A DNA stretch of 64,000 nucleotides, from positions 4,325 through 68,324 of the forward strand of contig CAIYQO010000198.1 in assembly GCA_903928345.1 (NCBI GenBank), in the 5' to 3' direction. A program made the position numbers and the translations under genes. Every line of letters starts with the position of its first letter. Position 1 is the first letter of the stretch. A model generated the notes under the pieces. That model was not told the DNA's origin, did no database searches, and saw only the letters and a list, made by a program, of their open reading frames with translations. This DNA comes from an uncultured bacterium (GTDB lineage Bacteria; Armatimonadota; Hebobacteria; CAIYQO01). This document shows positions 44,985-55,232 of the stretch, one piece after another.

Positions 44985-46268
44985 TCACCAGCGGAAGAGC
45001 CGGAATTGCATCCCCTTCGCCCCTTCCTCCGGCCCGAGGAGGACGCTGTGGCCGTCGGGGGAGAGGGCGATGGTGGTACACATGGGTCCTGGGGTGGTGA
45101 GCGGCTCCAGCAGGTGCGCGCGCCAGCGCCCGGGGCGTTCATACACACGCAGGCTGAGTTGACGACGCTCCGGCAGCCACCAGAGCAAGCGGGGGTGGAC
45201 GCGCTTCCAATCGAGCAATTCGACAGGGATTGCCGGCTTCATCTCCTGCGCCACGGCGGCAAAGCGCCCGTCAGCGGTGACACTCAATTCACGCAAAGAA
45301 CTGCGTTGGCGCAATGCTGCACCACGTGACCCCAATGGTGCCGGAAGCACGGCACAGGCCCACGCGGCGCCGGTGCGCATATTCACGATACTGCGCTGAT
45401 TCTTCTCGGGCGTTGACACCGCCCAGTCGCCGTTGGTCTGCAGAAAACCTATGTCATGCTTCGCCGCGTAGCAATGCACGCCACCCGCCCGCGTATATAT
45501 GGCCCTGTTCTGCCCGAGGTAGGTGTCGCGATCCAACGCCTTCATCAACAGCGTTTTCGCGCGGAAGAGGCGGGTGTAGACAAGGGTGCCATGCTGCGCC
45601 GTCACGGCATACACCGCCGAATTGTTCCCATCCGTTGTGATCAGCAGGTCGTGCTTAGCGTCGAAGGTGCCGGTCTGGTCGCCGATGGCAACGAGCTTGC
45701 CGCTTTCGATCAGGCCCGCGTGCACGGTGAATTGCGGTTGCCCGGCATACTCAACGGCGCACTCTTGATCGACGTACAGCCGTCCCGAGTCGGCAATGCA
45801 TAGCGGGTAAACGCAGTCCTTCGCTTGTGGAAATGCGGCGTCGGGCAGCAAAAGATCGGTGGACAGTGTACCATCCGCCCAGATTTGCACACGCATCCGG
45901 CCGTTCGTGTGCGTCGCAGTGGCGAAGAAACGGCCATTGCGGGAGAGGGCATACGTCGAATGCCCGTCGAACAGGCCCGGCCCGCCGGATGTCCACACAT
46001 ACCAACGGTCGATATGCCAGACATCCGGCGCCGGGGTCACCCGCCAGCGCACCTGCCCCGTATGCCAGTCGTGCAGGCAGAAATCGCCGTTGATGTCGCG
46101 CAGCAGGAAGCCGCCGCCGCTCGTTTCGCTTGGCGGGAAACAGTCATCCCCGCAAGCACCAAACGTTCCCACCAACTGCAGCGATTTCGGCCGCGTGGCC
46201 CACCACCACCCGCCCGCCAGCAGCAGCAGTCCGCCGAGGATCAGCCATATGCGCCCTTGTCGCTTCAT
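44985..46268 (-). CDS. Hypothetical membrane-anchored protein (beta-propeller-like body)
   Basis: AAGGAG RBS. N-terminal anchor RIWLILGGLLLLAGGWWW. No family recognised. Confidence 0.5.
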   Translation of the reverse strand: MKRQGRIWLILGGLLLLAGGWWWATRPKSLQLVGTFGACGDDCFPPSETSGGGFLLRDINGDFCLHDWHTGQVRWRVTPAPDVWHIDRWYVWTSGGPGLFDGHSTYALSRNGRFFATATHTNGRMRVQIWADGTLSTDLLLPDAAFPQAKDCVYPLCIADSGRLYVDQECAVEYAGQPQFTVHAGLIESGKLVAIGDQTGTFDAKHDLLITTDGNNSAVYAVTAQHGTLVYTRLFRAKTLLMKALDRDTYLGQNRAIYTRAGGVHCYAAKHDIGFLQTNGDWAVSTPEKNQRSIVNMRTGAAWACAVLPAPLGSRGAALRQRSSLRELSVTADGRFAAVAQEMKPAIPVELLDWKRVHPRLLWWLPERRQLSLRVYERPGRWRAHLLEPLTTPGPMCTTIALSPDGHSVLLGPEEGAKGMQFRLFRW

Positions 46269-46293
46269 GCTCCGCGCTCCTTGCTTCTCGCTT

Positions 46294-46854
46294 CTATTCC
46301 AAATTCGAGTGCCGGGCCATCATGGTGCGCTCGTCCTGGCGCAGGCGCTCCTTCAACTCGAGCACGATGGCGTCGAGGAGGAGGAGGAGGGATTGCTCGA
46401 AGAGCGAGCCCATCGGCTGGATGGAGTCTTCGGGGGAGATGGTGCTGCGCTCGCGCACGGGGGCGGGCACGATGACGCACAGGTCAGCGAGTTTGGCGAG
46501 GGTGGACTCCGGGCGCGTGGTGAGCGCGGCGATGGTGCCCCCGGCGGTGTGCGCCGAGCGCGCGGTAAGCACCGCGGTGACCGTTTCACCCGAGCCAGAC
46601 CCCACCAGCAGCAGGTCGCCCGGCAGCAGGCTGGGGGTGGTGGACTCGCCCACCACGTGGCAGTGGATGTCCAGGTGCGTGAGGCGGATGGCAAAGGCGC
46701 GCATCATCAGCCCCGAGCGCCCCTGCCCGGCCAGAAAGAGGCGCCGCGTGCGAATAATCGCCACCACCAGCCGCTCCACTTCCTCCGGCGACACCCGCGC
46801 CACCACCCGCCCCACCTCGGCGACTAACTGCTGTGACTGATCTGCAAATGCCAT
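46294..46854 (-). CDS. SIS-domain protein, 6-phospho-3-hexuloisomerase-like
   Basis: Track ORF 46294..46941. I moved the start to ATG 46854 (GAGGGAG upstream). Motifs: LFLAGQGRSGLMMRAFAIRL and LLLVGSGSGET. Confidence 0.6.
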   Translation of the reverse strand: MAFADQSQQLVAEVGRVVARVSPEEVERLVVAIIRTRRLFLAGQGRSGLMMRAFAIRLTHLDIHCHVVGESTTPSLLPGDLLLVGSGSGETVTAVLTARSAHTAGGTIAALTTRPESTLAKLADLCVIVPAPVRERSTISPEDSIQPMGSLFEQSLLLLLDAIVLELKERLRQDERTMMARHSNLE

Positions 46855-46922
46855 GATGCTCCCTCGAAATTGGACACGGCCCCCTGCTGTAAAGCCGCGT
46901 TTCCACCCGGTGCCGGTCTTAA

Positions 46923-47096
46923 TCACTCGTAAGAAAACCACAAAGGCACGAAGGACACAAAGGACGCGCGAAGAGTGGAGGGTCGGGCCGGAGCGTGTCG
47001 CCGTGACCGAATGCCGTCCTCTCGGCGCGAATTCTAAAAAATATCTTTGCGGTCTCCTTTGCGCCCTTTGCGCCTTTGCGGTTTTCTTACGAGTGA
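46923..47096. repeat. E-family long hairpin, copy E3
   Basis: The perfect 17-bp terminal stem is TCACTCGTAAGAAAACC (46923-46939) with GGTTTTCTTACGAGTGA (47080-47096). The inner arms are ACAAAGGCACGAAGGACACAAAGGA versus TCCTTTGCGCCCTTTGCGCCTTTGC. Confidence 0.85.
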
Positions 47097-47267
47097 CTTC
47101 CTCTACTACCTGAGCAATTCCGCGCCAGTCGAGATATTACCTCTCAACCCGGCTCCCAACGCGTTTTTGCGCAAGTATATTCTTAGTCACTGTTTGGAAC
47201 AGGGCGGGAGCCCGGCTCGATCTTACAGCAGGGAGGAAATCCTTGCCCACCCCGGAATACCTTAGGC

Positions 47268-48686
<1,419 letters not shown>

Positions 48687-48687
48687 G

Positions 48688-48799
48688 GACCTACCCCCCG
48701 CCCCCTCCCTCGAGGGAAGGGGAGTGACGGGCGGAAGGTCGCGGACGTATTTCAGTAAAATCCACCCCCTCCCTCGAGGGAAGGGGCAGGGGGTAGGTC
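48688..48799. repeat. F-like composite element (CCCTCCCTCGAGGGAAGGGG hairpin twice, inverted GACCTACCCCC ends)
   Basis: It begins GACCTACCCCCCGCCCCCTCCCTCGAGGGAAGGGGAG and ends CCCCCTCCCTCGAGGGAAGGGGCAGGGGGTAGGTC. It lies directly between the pyk stop and the next start codon. Confidence 0.8.
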
Positions 48800-48801
48800 T
48801 T

Positions 48802-49881
48802 ATGACACTCACCAACCGCGAACGCTACTTCCGCACCATGGCGTACGAGCCGGTGGACCGGCGGCCTTTCCTGCAGTCGGGGCCGTGGCGGGACACGGTG
48901 GTGCGTTGGGAGCGGGAAGGGTTGCCGGCGGGCACTGATGTTTACGCCTGGCTCGGTACGCCCGAGCCGTTGCGCATCGAGAATATCAGCGGCAACGTCG
49001 GGCTTTACCCCGCCTTTGCGACGCGCACGCTTTCCGAGGAAGGCAACATCCGCATCTACACCGACGGCTACGGCCGCACGGTGCGCGACTTCACCGACCA
49101 CACCTCCATGCCCGAGTGGCTCGACTTCCCCGTGAAAAGCCCCGCCGACTTGCGCCGGGTGATCGACGAGCACTATCAGGTGGACGACATGGACGCGCGC
49201 TACCCGGCGGCGTGGGAGGCGAAGGTGCGCGCGGCGCAGGCCGACCAGCTGCTCCTCGACGGCGGGTGCTTCTACTGGACGCTGCGCTCGCTGGCCGGGG
49301 TGGAACACGCCAGCTACCTCTTCCACGACGCCCCCGAGTTGGTCGGCGAGTTATTCGCGCGCTACGCCGCGGTGGTGGCAGAGGGGATGCGCCGCGCCAT
49401 GGCGCTGCGCGAAGTGGACGTGATCGGCTTCGGGGAGGACATCGGCTTCAAAACCGGCCCGCTCATCTCTCCCGCCATGTTCCGGTCGTTCATCCTCCCG
49501 CACTACCGCGCGGCGATGGAGACGGCGCACCGGCACGGCGTGCGCTACACCTGGTACGACAGCGACGGCGACCTGCGCCAGCTCATCCCCGACTACCTCA
49601 AGGTGGGCATTAACGGCATCTCGCCCTGCGAGGTGGCCGCCGGCATGGCCCCGCCGGAACTGCGAAAAACCTTCGGGCGCGACCTGCGCATGGTCGGCGG
49701 GGTGGACAAGCGCGAAATCGCCCGCGGCCGCGCCGCCATCGACGCCGAGTTGGCCCGCCTGCGCCCCCTCATTGAGGAAGGCGGCTACATCCCTTCCATC
49801 GATCACTCCGTCTCCGCCGACATCTCCCTGGCGGATTTTAGCTACTACACGGAACAGTTGCTGGGGATATTGGGGTACTGA
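48802..49881 (+). CDS. URO-D family protein, paralogue U5
   Basis: Track ORF 48652..49881. I moved the start to ATG 48802. Motifs: FGEDIGFKTGPLIS and WYDSDGDLRQLIPDYLKVGINGISPCE. It is close to paralogue U4. Confidence 0.65.
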   Translation: MTLTNRERYFRTMAYEPVDRRPFLQSGPWRDTVVRWEREGLPAGTDVYAWLGTPEPLRIENISGNVGLYPAFATRTLSEEGNIRIYTDGYGRTVRDFTDHTSMPEWLDFPVKSPADLRRVIDEHYQVDDMDARYPAAWEAKVRAAQADQLLLDGGCFYWTLRSLAGVEHASYLFHDAPELVGELFARYAAVVAEGMRRAMALREVDVIGFGEDIGFKTGPLISPAMFRSFILPHYRAAMETAHRHGVRYTWYDSDGDLRQLIPDYLKVGINGISPCEVAAGMAPPELRKTFGRDLRMVGGVDKREIARGRAAIDAELARLRPLIEEGGYIPSIDHSVSADISLADFSYYTEQLLGILGY

Positions 49882-49885
49882 ACGG

Positions 49886-50050
49886 GGGACGAACCGCAAA
49901 GACGCAAAGAGCGCAAAGGCAACGCAAAGAATTATGGAAAAGGACCGGGAGGGGGATCAGAGCCACTACTTGGGATTTGATCTTCTTCTCCGGCCCTTTC
50001 TTTTCTCTTCGCGACTCCTTTGCGCTCTTTGCGCCTTTGCGGTTCGTCCC
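49886..50050. repeat. E-family long hairpin, copy E4
   Basis: The left arm GGGACGAACCGCAAAGACGCAAAGAGCGCAAAGG pairs with the right arm CCTTTGCGCTCTTTGCGCCTTTGCGGTTCGTCCC. There is one transition in 34 bp. It lies between convergent genes. Confidence 0.85.
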
Positions 50051-50055
50051 TGGGG

Positions 50056-50697
50056 CTACTCCACGTCCTTCCCCGCCACGCCGCCGACCGTCCAGTTCGG
50101 GTCGCGGGTGCCGAGGACGTTCAGGTTCAGCGCTTCCTCGTGCAGCAACTGCGCGTGGCCGTCCACGAAGACGGCCATGTGCGTGCCGACGGGGGCCCAC
50201 ATGGTCTGTTGCTGGGTATCGTGGTTGGTGTACCACTCGTAGATGAGGATCTTCGACGCCGGGTACGTCACGTCGCCCAGCGATTGCGCTTCCGCGGGGG
50301 CGGTGCAGGTGTAGTAGCCGCCGCACAACGCCGCGCTGATGTCCGTGGGCTTGTGGTAGAAGGTCTGCAGGTAGGCGTAGGAGGTGGAATCGTACATCAG
50401 GCGGGAGGTGGAATCCACCGGACACCAGTAGCAGCTCTTCGTAGAGACGTAGTCGTTCAGCACCGCGCGCCACGGGCGCCCCTGCCACAGGAAGTTGTTG
50501 CCGGTGCTGGGGAATTGCTCGTTGTGGTCGTCGAGGTAGAGGGTGAAGGCGACCTGCAACTGCCGCACGTTGTTCAGGCACACCACCCGCTGCCCCGCCC
50601 GCCGCGCCGACGCGAGGACGGGAAAGAGGATGCCGGCCAGCGTGAGAATGATGCCGATGACCACCAACCGCTCGACGAGCGAAAAGCCACGACGCAT
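50056..50697 (-). CDS. Prepilin-type N-terminal leader / DUF1559-like protein
   Basis: Motifs: MRRGFSLVERLVVIGIILTLAGILFP and AVFVDGHAQL. Confidence 0.8.
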   Translation of the reverse strand: MRRGFSLVERLVVIGIILTLAGILFPVLASARRAGQRVVCLNNVRQLQVAFTLYLDDHNEQFPSTGNNFLWQGRPWRAVLNDYVSTKSCYWCPVDSTSRLMYDSTSYAYLQTFYHKPTDISAALCGGYYTCTAPAEAQSLGDVTYPASKILIYEWYTNHDTQQQTMWAPVGTHMAVFVDGHAQLLHEEALNLNVLGTRDPNWTVGGVAGKDVE

Positions 50698-50802
50698 GGA
50701 ATACCTCCCGGTGAAAGCCGCGCCATGGTAGCAGCTTACTTAACGTTCGTCAAGGTGAGGAAGGGATACGGGCACTTGCGTGCACGCCACCCGCGCCTGC
50801 GG

Positions 50803-50808
50803 TATAAT
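50803..50808 (+). promoter_or_regulatory. -10 box candidate (TATAAT) in the duplicated leader CCTGCGGTATAATG
   Basis: The same 14-mer recurs at 52264-52277. GGAGGGTGAA then ATG follows in both copies. Confidence 0.45.
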
Positions 50809-50827
50809 GGTGACCGGGGAGGGTGAA

Positions 50828-52276
50828 ATGGATTTCGCCGTACGGTTTCACACACAGGGGCATTACCGCGGACCCAATACCGGCCACCTGACCGTGGCGG
50901 ATGATGTCGTTTCGCTGGCATGGCGAGAACCTCTGCTGCCGGTGCATGTATCCATGTGGATCATGCTTCTCGTTGGCCTCGGTCTCCTCTTCATTTTCCC
51001 GATGGCGCTGATGCCATTCCTCCTGTTTTACGATTTCCAATTGCCGTTTAATTTTCAGATTGTGCTCCTATGGGCCTTCGGTTCCGCGGTTCTCTTCATC
51101 TTTGTGAATCTGATACCGCTCCGGCGGAAGCACCGAACCTTCACGCGGGAGGAGATATCTGCGCTTTGCATCCACGGTCGCGACGTAACGTTTACCGTCG
51201 ACAACGAATTATTCCTCCTCTCCTTTACTACCACTGCCGATACCAACACTGCCGTCGCCGCCCTGCGTGAAGGAACAGCGGAACCGCGCACGTGGCGTTA
51301 CAGCGATATGCCTGAGACGTTGTATAACACCACGCGGCTTCCGTATTTCAAGACCGAGGATATTACCGTCGCGGACGGAACCCTGACGGTGGTGGGGGTG
51401 CTGAACCCCAGCATGTGGCGCATTCTTACTGCAGTGGTGTTGGTGTATGCATGCGTCCTATTACCCCTCGCAATGATCGGTGCACATTGGCTGATCTCCC
51501 CGTGGTTGCTGGGTGGTCTCATCTTCATCGGAGAGGGGTTACTCGGCATCCTTACCTACTTCACGGGACGCAGTAAGAGGGAAATGCGGGTGATACCGCT
51601 GGCGGCGCTGCAGGCTATCGATACGATAGAGTGCCATGTCACCTTTTTGGCGCCGGATGGCGATACCGAGCGGCGCTACACGTGGCTGTTGCAGTCGGAG
51701 GAAGAGGCAAAGGCGTTGGCAACCCGGTTGCACGGGGTAGGCGAACCGTGGAAGGGTACACTTCCGCGTGTGCGCGGTTCGGTGACGAATGCCCGCTTGC
51801 ATCGCACCTTACCGGATGCGCTGACGGTTCCCGGTCATGTGACGGTAACGGGAGATCTGGTGACTATTACCGGACACTCGGGTCTGCGCGCCCCGCAGGA
51901 ACGCTGGTGGGCCTTCAGCATCGCGGCGGTGGGGTATGCAGGGCTTGCGGCGTGGTGGTGGCCGCATGTGGCTACACTGGCATTGCCGCTGTGTGACCGT
52001 GTAGCCCTGGGCTTCGTCGCCCCCTTCCTGCAAATGCTGCTCTTCGTCTTCCTTCCGGCGGTGGCGATAATCCATGCGTGCTTTATGCGGGGCATCCGCC
52101 TGCCGCGTCGGATGCTGCATGGCGTACAGAAGGGTGCTCATGTCAATGTGACTGTCCGGGGTGGCTCTACCACCGAAATCATCGCCGCATCCGAAGCCGA
52201 CGCCCGCGCCCTCTGCGCGGCCCTCACTCCGGCAGCGGATCGACCCACATGCACCCCATCCAGCCCTGCGGTATAA
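50828..52276 (+). CDS. Polytopic membrane protein with threefold internal repeat (TM hairpin + ~65-aa soluble module), YdbT/bPH-like suspected; paralogue 1
   Basis: Track ORF 50780..52276. I moved the start to ATG 50828 (GGAGGG upstream). The pattern [G.LTV..D.V.L strand, 2 TM, RRK, small beta/alpha module] occurs three times. The region is lower in GC than its surroundings. Confidence 0.55.
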   Translation: MDFAVRFHTQGHYRGPNTGHLTVADDVVSLAWREPLLPVHVSMWIMLLVGLGLLFIFPMALMPFLLFYDFQLPFNFQIVLLWAFGSAVLFIFVNLIPLRRKHRTFTREEISALCIHGRDVTFTVDNELFLLSFTTTADTNTAVAALREGTAEPRTWRYSDMPETLYNTTRLPYFKTEDITVADGTLTVVGVLNPSMWRILTAVVLVYACVLLPLAMIGAHWLISPWLLGGLIFIGEGLLGILTYFTGRSKREMRVIPLAALQAIDTIECHVTFLAPDGDTERRYTWLLQSEEEAKALATRLHGVGEPWKGTLPRVRGSVTNARLHRTLPDALTVPGHVTVTGDLVTITGHSGLRAPQERWWAFSIAAVGYAGLAAWWWPHVATLALPLCDRVALGFVAPFLQMLLFVFLPAVAIIHACFMRGIRLPRRMLHGVQKGAHVNVTVRGGSTTEIIAASEADARALCAALTPAADRPTCTPSSPAV

Positions 52277-52277
52277 T
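52272..52277 (+). promoter_or_regulatory. -10 box candidate (TATAAT) overlapping the stop codon of paralogue 1
   Basis: In CCTGCGGTATAATG, the TAA of the 50828 gene is part of the box. Confidence 0.45.
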
Positions 52278-52296
52278 GAAGCCCGAGGAGGGTGAA

Positions 52297-53763
52297 ATGG
52301 ATTTTGCCGTACGCTTTCGAGACGCATACCATCACCGCCGCGAGCCGGTCACCGGCAGACTGACGGTGGCACAGGATACTGTCACGTTGGAGTGGCGGGA
52401 GCCGCTGGTGCCGGGATGGATTGTCGCATACATTTCTGCCTGCGGTATGATTCTCATCTTTGATGCCTTCCCGATCGCGCTCATCTTCCAGACATTCTTT
52501 TGGCAGTTTGAGGCATTCGATGCAGCGCGTGGGTTCACTGTCAGCGGGTTATTCTCGCTCCCCATATTATTGCTGATTTGTGTGTTGCCGCTTCGGCGAA
52601 AGACCCGTATTATCCCGCGCGCAGAGATTACTGATCTCATCGTCGAGAAGGGTTACATCACGTGTTCCGCAGAAGGGCGGGAGTATCTCTTTGTTCTCAA
52701 TGCTACGGATGACACGCAAGCCGCGGCCACCGCGTTACGAGAGGGGTGCGCCGTACCGCAGACGTGGAAATATACCGATACCCCGAGGGTTGCGCGTGAC
52801 AGATCCACCATCGAACGTTCGCAAGTCGTGGATGTCACCATCGATGCCGGGGTGTTGACCGTCGCTGGCCTAGTGATCGAAGAACGCTGGCACCAGTGGC
52901 TGTTACTACTGAATGTTTATTCATTTTTAGCGTTGTTTTATCCGTTTCTCCTCCTTTCCAATATCGCAAACCTGTGGATCAATACTGGTATTCCGCTTTG
53001 CGCCATGGCGTTACTAGCGATATCATTCCGCTGGTTGCAACGGGTGAAGTGCGAAACCATCTGCTGGCAACTGGGAGAGATCACCGAGATTGAAGCGAAG
53101 GAAAGGCACGTCGTTTTTCGCGTGCCGGATGGAAAAGGCAAGACGCGCCGGTTCGTCTGGTTGCTGCCCACACAGGAAGAAACGGATGCCGTGGCGGCAC
53201 GTTTGCGCGGCGAGATCCATGAGCGATGGGCGGCGACACTGGCATCTACTCGTTCACGGAGTCAATTCCGACTGCGTCCGCCCCTGACCGATGTGTTGAC
53301 TGTGCCGCGGCGCATCTCCGTAGAGGACGAGCAGGTTACGATCACCGGTCGCACCGGTCTGCGCCATCCCCATGCCGGATGGTGGGCGCTGGGTATCAGC
53401 GCGGCAGGCTTCGTGATCTTGCGAGTTATACTCGAGGCGCGATTCGCCGCACTCGGGCTGGGAGCACCGGAGTTTCCTGCTTTAGCAGTCGTTTCCGCGG
53501 CCATGCTGGCAATTGGCCTCATTTTTCTCCCCACGGCACTGCTCATCAACCTCTGGTATGCTCGCGGTATCCGCCTGCCGCGCAAGGCAATTTCCGTCAC
53601 GGTGCAGGAAGACCGGCGACTGGTGTTCGAGATACATGGGAAGTGGCGGATTGAACTCCTCGCCGCGTCCGAAGCCGACGCCCGCGCCCTCTGCGCGGCC
53701 TTCACTCCGCCTTCTGCTTCACCAGATGCGTCCCCTCACCCCACATTGACTCCCCCCAGATGA
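52297..53763 (+). CDS. Polytopic membrane protein with threefold internal repeat; paralogue 2
   Basis: Track ORF 52078..53763. I moved the start to ATG 52297. The first 7 aa are identical to paralogue 1 (MDFAVRF), as is the C-terminal AASEADARALCAA.TP. The middle is divergent. Confidence 0.55.
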   Translation: MDFAVRFRDAYHHRREPVTGRLTVAQDTVTLEWREPLVPGWIVAYISACGMILIFDAFPIALIFQTFFWQFEAFDAARGFTVSGLFSLPILLLICVLPLRRKTRIIPRAEITDLIVEKGYITCSAEGREYLFVLNATDDTQAAATALREGCAVPQTWKYTDTPRVARDRSTIERSQVVDVTIDAGVLTVAGLVIEERWHQWLLLLNVYSFLALFYPFLLLSNIANLWINTGIPLCAMALLAISFRWLQRVKCETICWQLGEITEIEAKERHVVFRVPDGKGKTRRFVWLLPTQEETDAVAARLRGEIHERWAATLASTRSRSQFRLRPPLTDVLTVPRRISVEDEQVTITGRTGLRHPHAGWWALGISAAGFVILRVILEARFAALGLGAPEFPALAVVSAAMLAIGLIFLPTALLINLWYARGIRLPRKAISVTVQEDRRLVFEIHGKWRIELLAASEADARALCAAFTPPSASPDASPHPTLTPPR

Positions 53764-55219
53764 CCGTGCCGGTCAGGCTGCGCGGGCCGGTGATGCTGTC
53801 TACCCGCACCTCGGCGATGGGGCGGTCGTGGCGGGTGATGGTGATGGTGTCGTGCGGGCGCAGCTTGCGGGTGAAGCAGCGAACGGTCACCGGCGTGTCG
53901 TGGGAGACCGGTTTGCCGGCGAGCACCAATTCGGTCAGCGCGCGCGCCACGCAGCGGATGGCCGTCGCCTCAAGCGTCCCCTCTACGTTGGGGTGCTTGC
54001 CGTCGTCCATGCGCTGCACGGCGGCGGGGATGCCGACGAGCTGCTCCTCCGCCGTCCACGGCCCGCTCTTCCGCGTCTGCGCGATGGCCGTCAGCGTGCC
54101 GTGCAGGCCGCTGGCGGGCTGCGTCCAGGCAATGGATGCCTCGACCGCGGTGCCGGTGGCCGGGTCCAGCGTCTCCGCGCCCCCCGCGGGCACCTCGCGC
54201 ACGGACAGCACGGCGGTGAAGTCGGCGTCGCGCCGCCACGCCGGCGGGGTCACCTCGGGCGCCTCGCCGAAGATGGCGCAGTGCTCCGGCGCCGCGTGCA
54301 CGTAGAGCGCCCCCTCGCCGTGGGCGTAGAGCTGCTCCGCCAGGTAGCTGGGCATCCAGGTGCGCCCGTGCTGGGCGGACGGGTCGAGGTCCAGCTCGAG
54401 CAGCGCCGGCGGCGGCAGCACCGTCACGGGCGCGGTGGTCATTGCCTCCAACGACTTCTGCAGGTTCTTCACGCGCCAGGTGGTGTCGGGATGGCTGGCG
54501 TACAGGCCGGTGAGCCACGTGCGCGCCGTGCCGTTGCCGTAGGCGTTGTAGATGCGGGTCATGGCGGTGACGGACTGCGCGGGGTCGAAACCGGCGCGCG
54601 CGGCAAAGCGCACCCCCTGCTCGTCGGCCCGGCGCTCGTCTGAGCGGCTGTCCAGGCCGAAGGTCAACCCGCCGCCGATATCCGCCCCCACGCGCGCCGC
54701 CGCCCCGCCGCCGCCCAGCAGGACGGTGGCCGCCGCGCCCACCACCGCGCCGCCCAGCGCGCGCACGACCTGCCGAGCGGAGTGGTGCTCCTTGATGTGG
54801 GTCATCTCATGCCCAAGGATAAAGGCCAACTCGTCGTCGGAAGCCAGGTGCGCCATCCCCGCGCCCACATATATGTGCCCGTCGGGAAAGGCCATGGCGT
54901 TGATCTCGCCGTTGTTGTAGATGTGCAGCTCGATATGCCGCAACCCCGCCGCCCGTGCCAGCCGCTGCCCGATCATCTGCACCCGCACGTTGGCGGAGAG
55001 ATCCGGGTCGGCCCCAAAGCGCTTGACGAGGTAGCCGCCGTCGTCAGCACGGGCGGCGAGGGTGGCAACGAGAAGCAGCAGCAGGAGCGTGACGCGGGTG
55101 AATGCCCGTGGGGGTATTGCGGATTGCGGATTGCGGATTGCGGATTCTGCAGACGCGAACCGACTGCCTGATGCACGGGGCGGGTGAGCAGCGGAAGGGT
55201 TTGGGGATAGATATTCCAT
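53702..55219 (-). CDS. M48-family zinc metallopeptidase with a ~250-aa C-terminal domain of unknown function
   Basis: Track ORF 53702..55228. I prefer start ATG 55219 (AGGAGG 9 nt upstream). Zinc motif AFILGHEMTHIKEHH. Signal/anchor TLLLLLLVATLAARA. Codons ~24-35 are encoded by the heptamer array. Confidence 0.8.
   Translation of the reverse strand: MEYLSPNPSAAHPPRASGSRFASAESAIRNPQSAIPPRAFTRVTLLLLLLVATLAARADDGGYLVKRFGADPDLSANVRVQMIGQRLARAAGLRHIELHIYNNGEINAMAFPDGHIYVGAGMAHLASDDELAFILGHEMTHIKEHHSARQVVRALGGAVVGAAATVLLGGGGAAARVGADIGGGLTFGLDSRSDERRADEQGVRFAARAGFDPAQSVTAMTRIYNAYGNGTARTWLTGLYASHPDTTWRVKNLQKSLEAMTTAPVTVLPPPALLELDLDPSAQHGRTWMPSYLAEQLYAHGEGALYVHAAPEHCAIFGEAPEVTPPAWRRDADFTAVLSVREVPAGGAETLDPATGTAVEASIAWTQPASGLHGTLTAIAQTRKSGPWTAEEQLVGIPAAVQRMDDGKHPNVEGTLEATAIRCVARALTELVLAGKPVSHDTPVTVRCFTRKLRPHDTITITRHDRPIAEVRVDSITGPRSLTGTVIWGESMWGEGTHLVKQKAE
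55116..55146. repeat. Heptamer array (ATTGCGG) x4, left arm of the four-helix-bundle cassette
   Basis: ATTGCGGATTGCGGATTGCGGATTGCGGATT. It lies inside the 5' coding region of the M48 gene, where it is translated as ESAIRNPQSAI. Confidence 0.9.
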
Positions 55220-55232
55220 CTTACACATCCTC

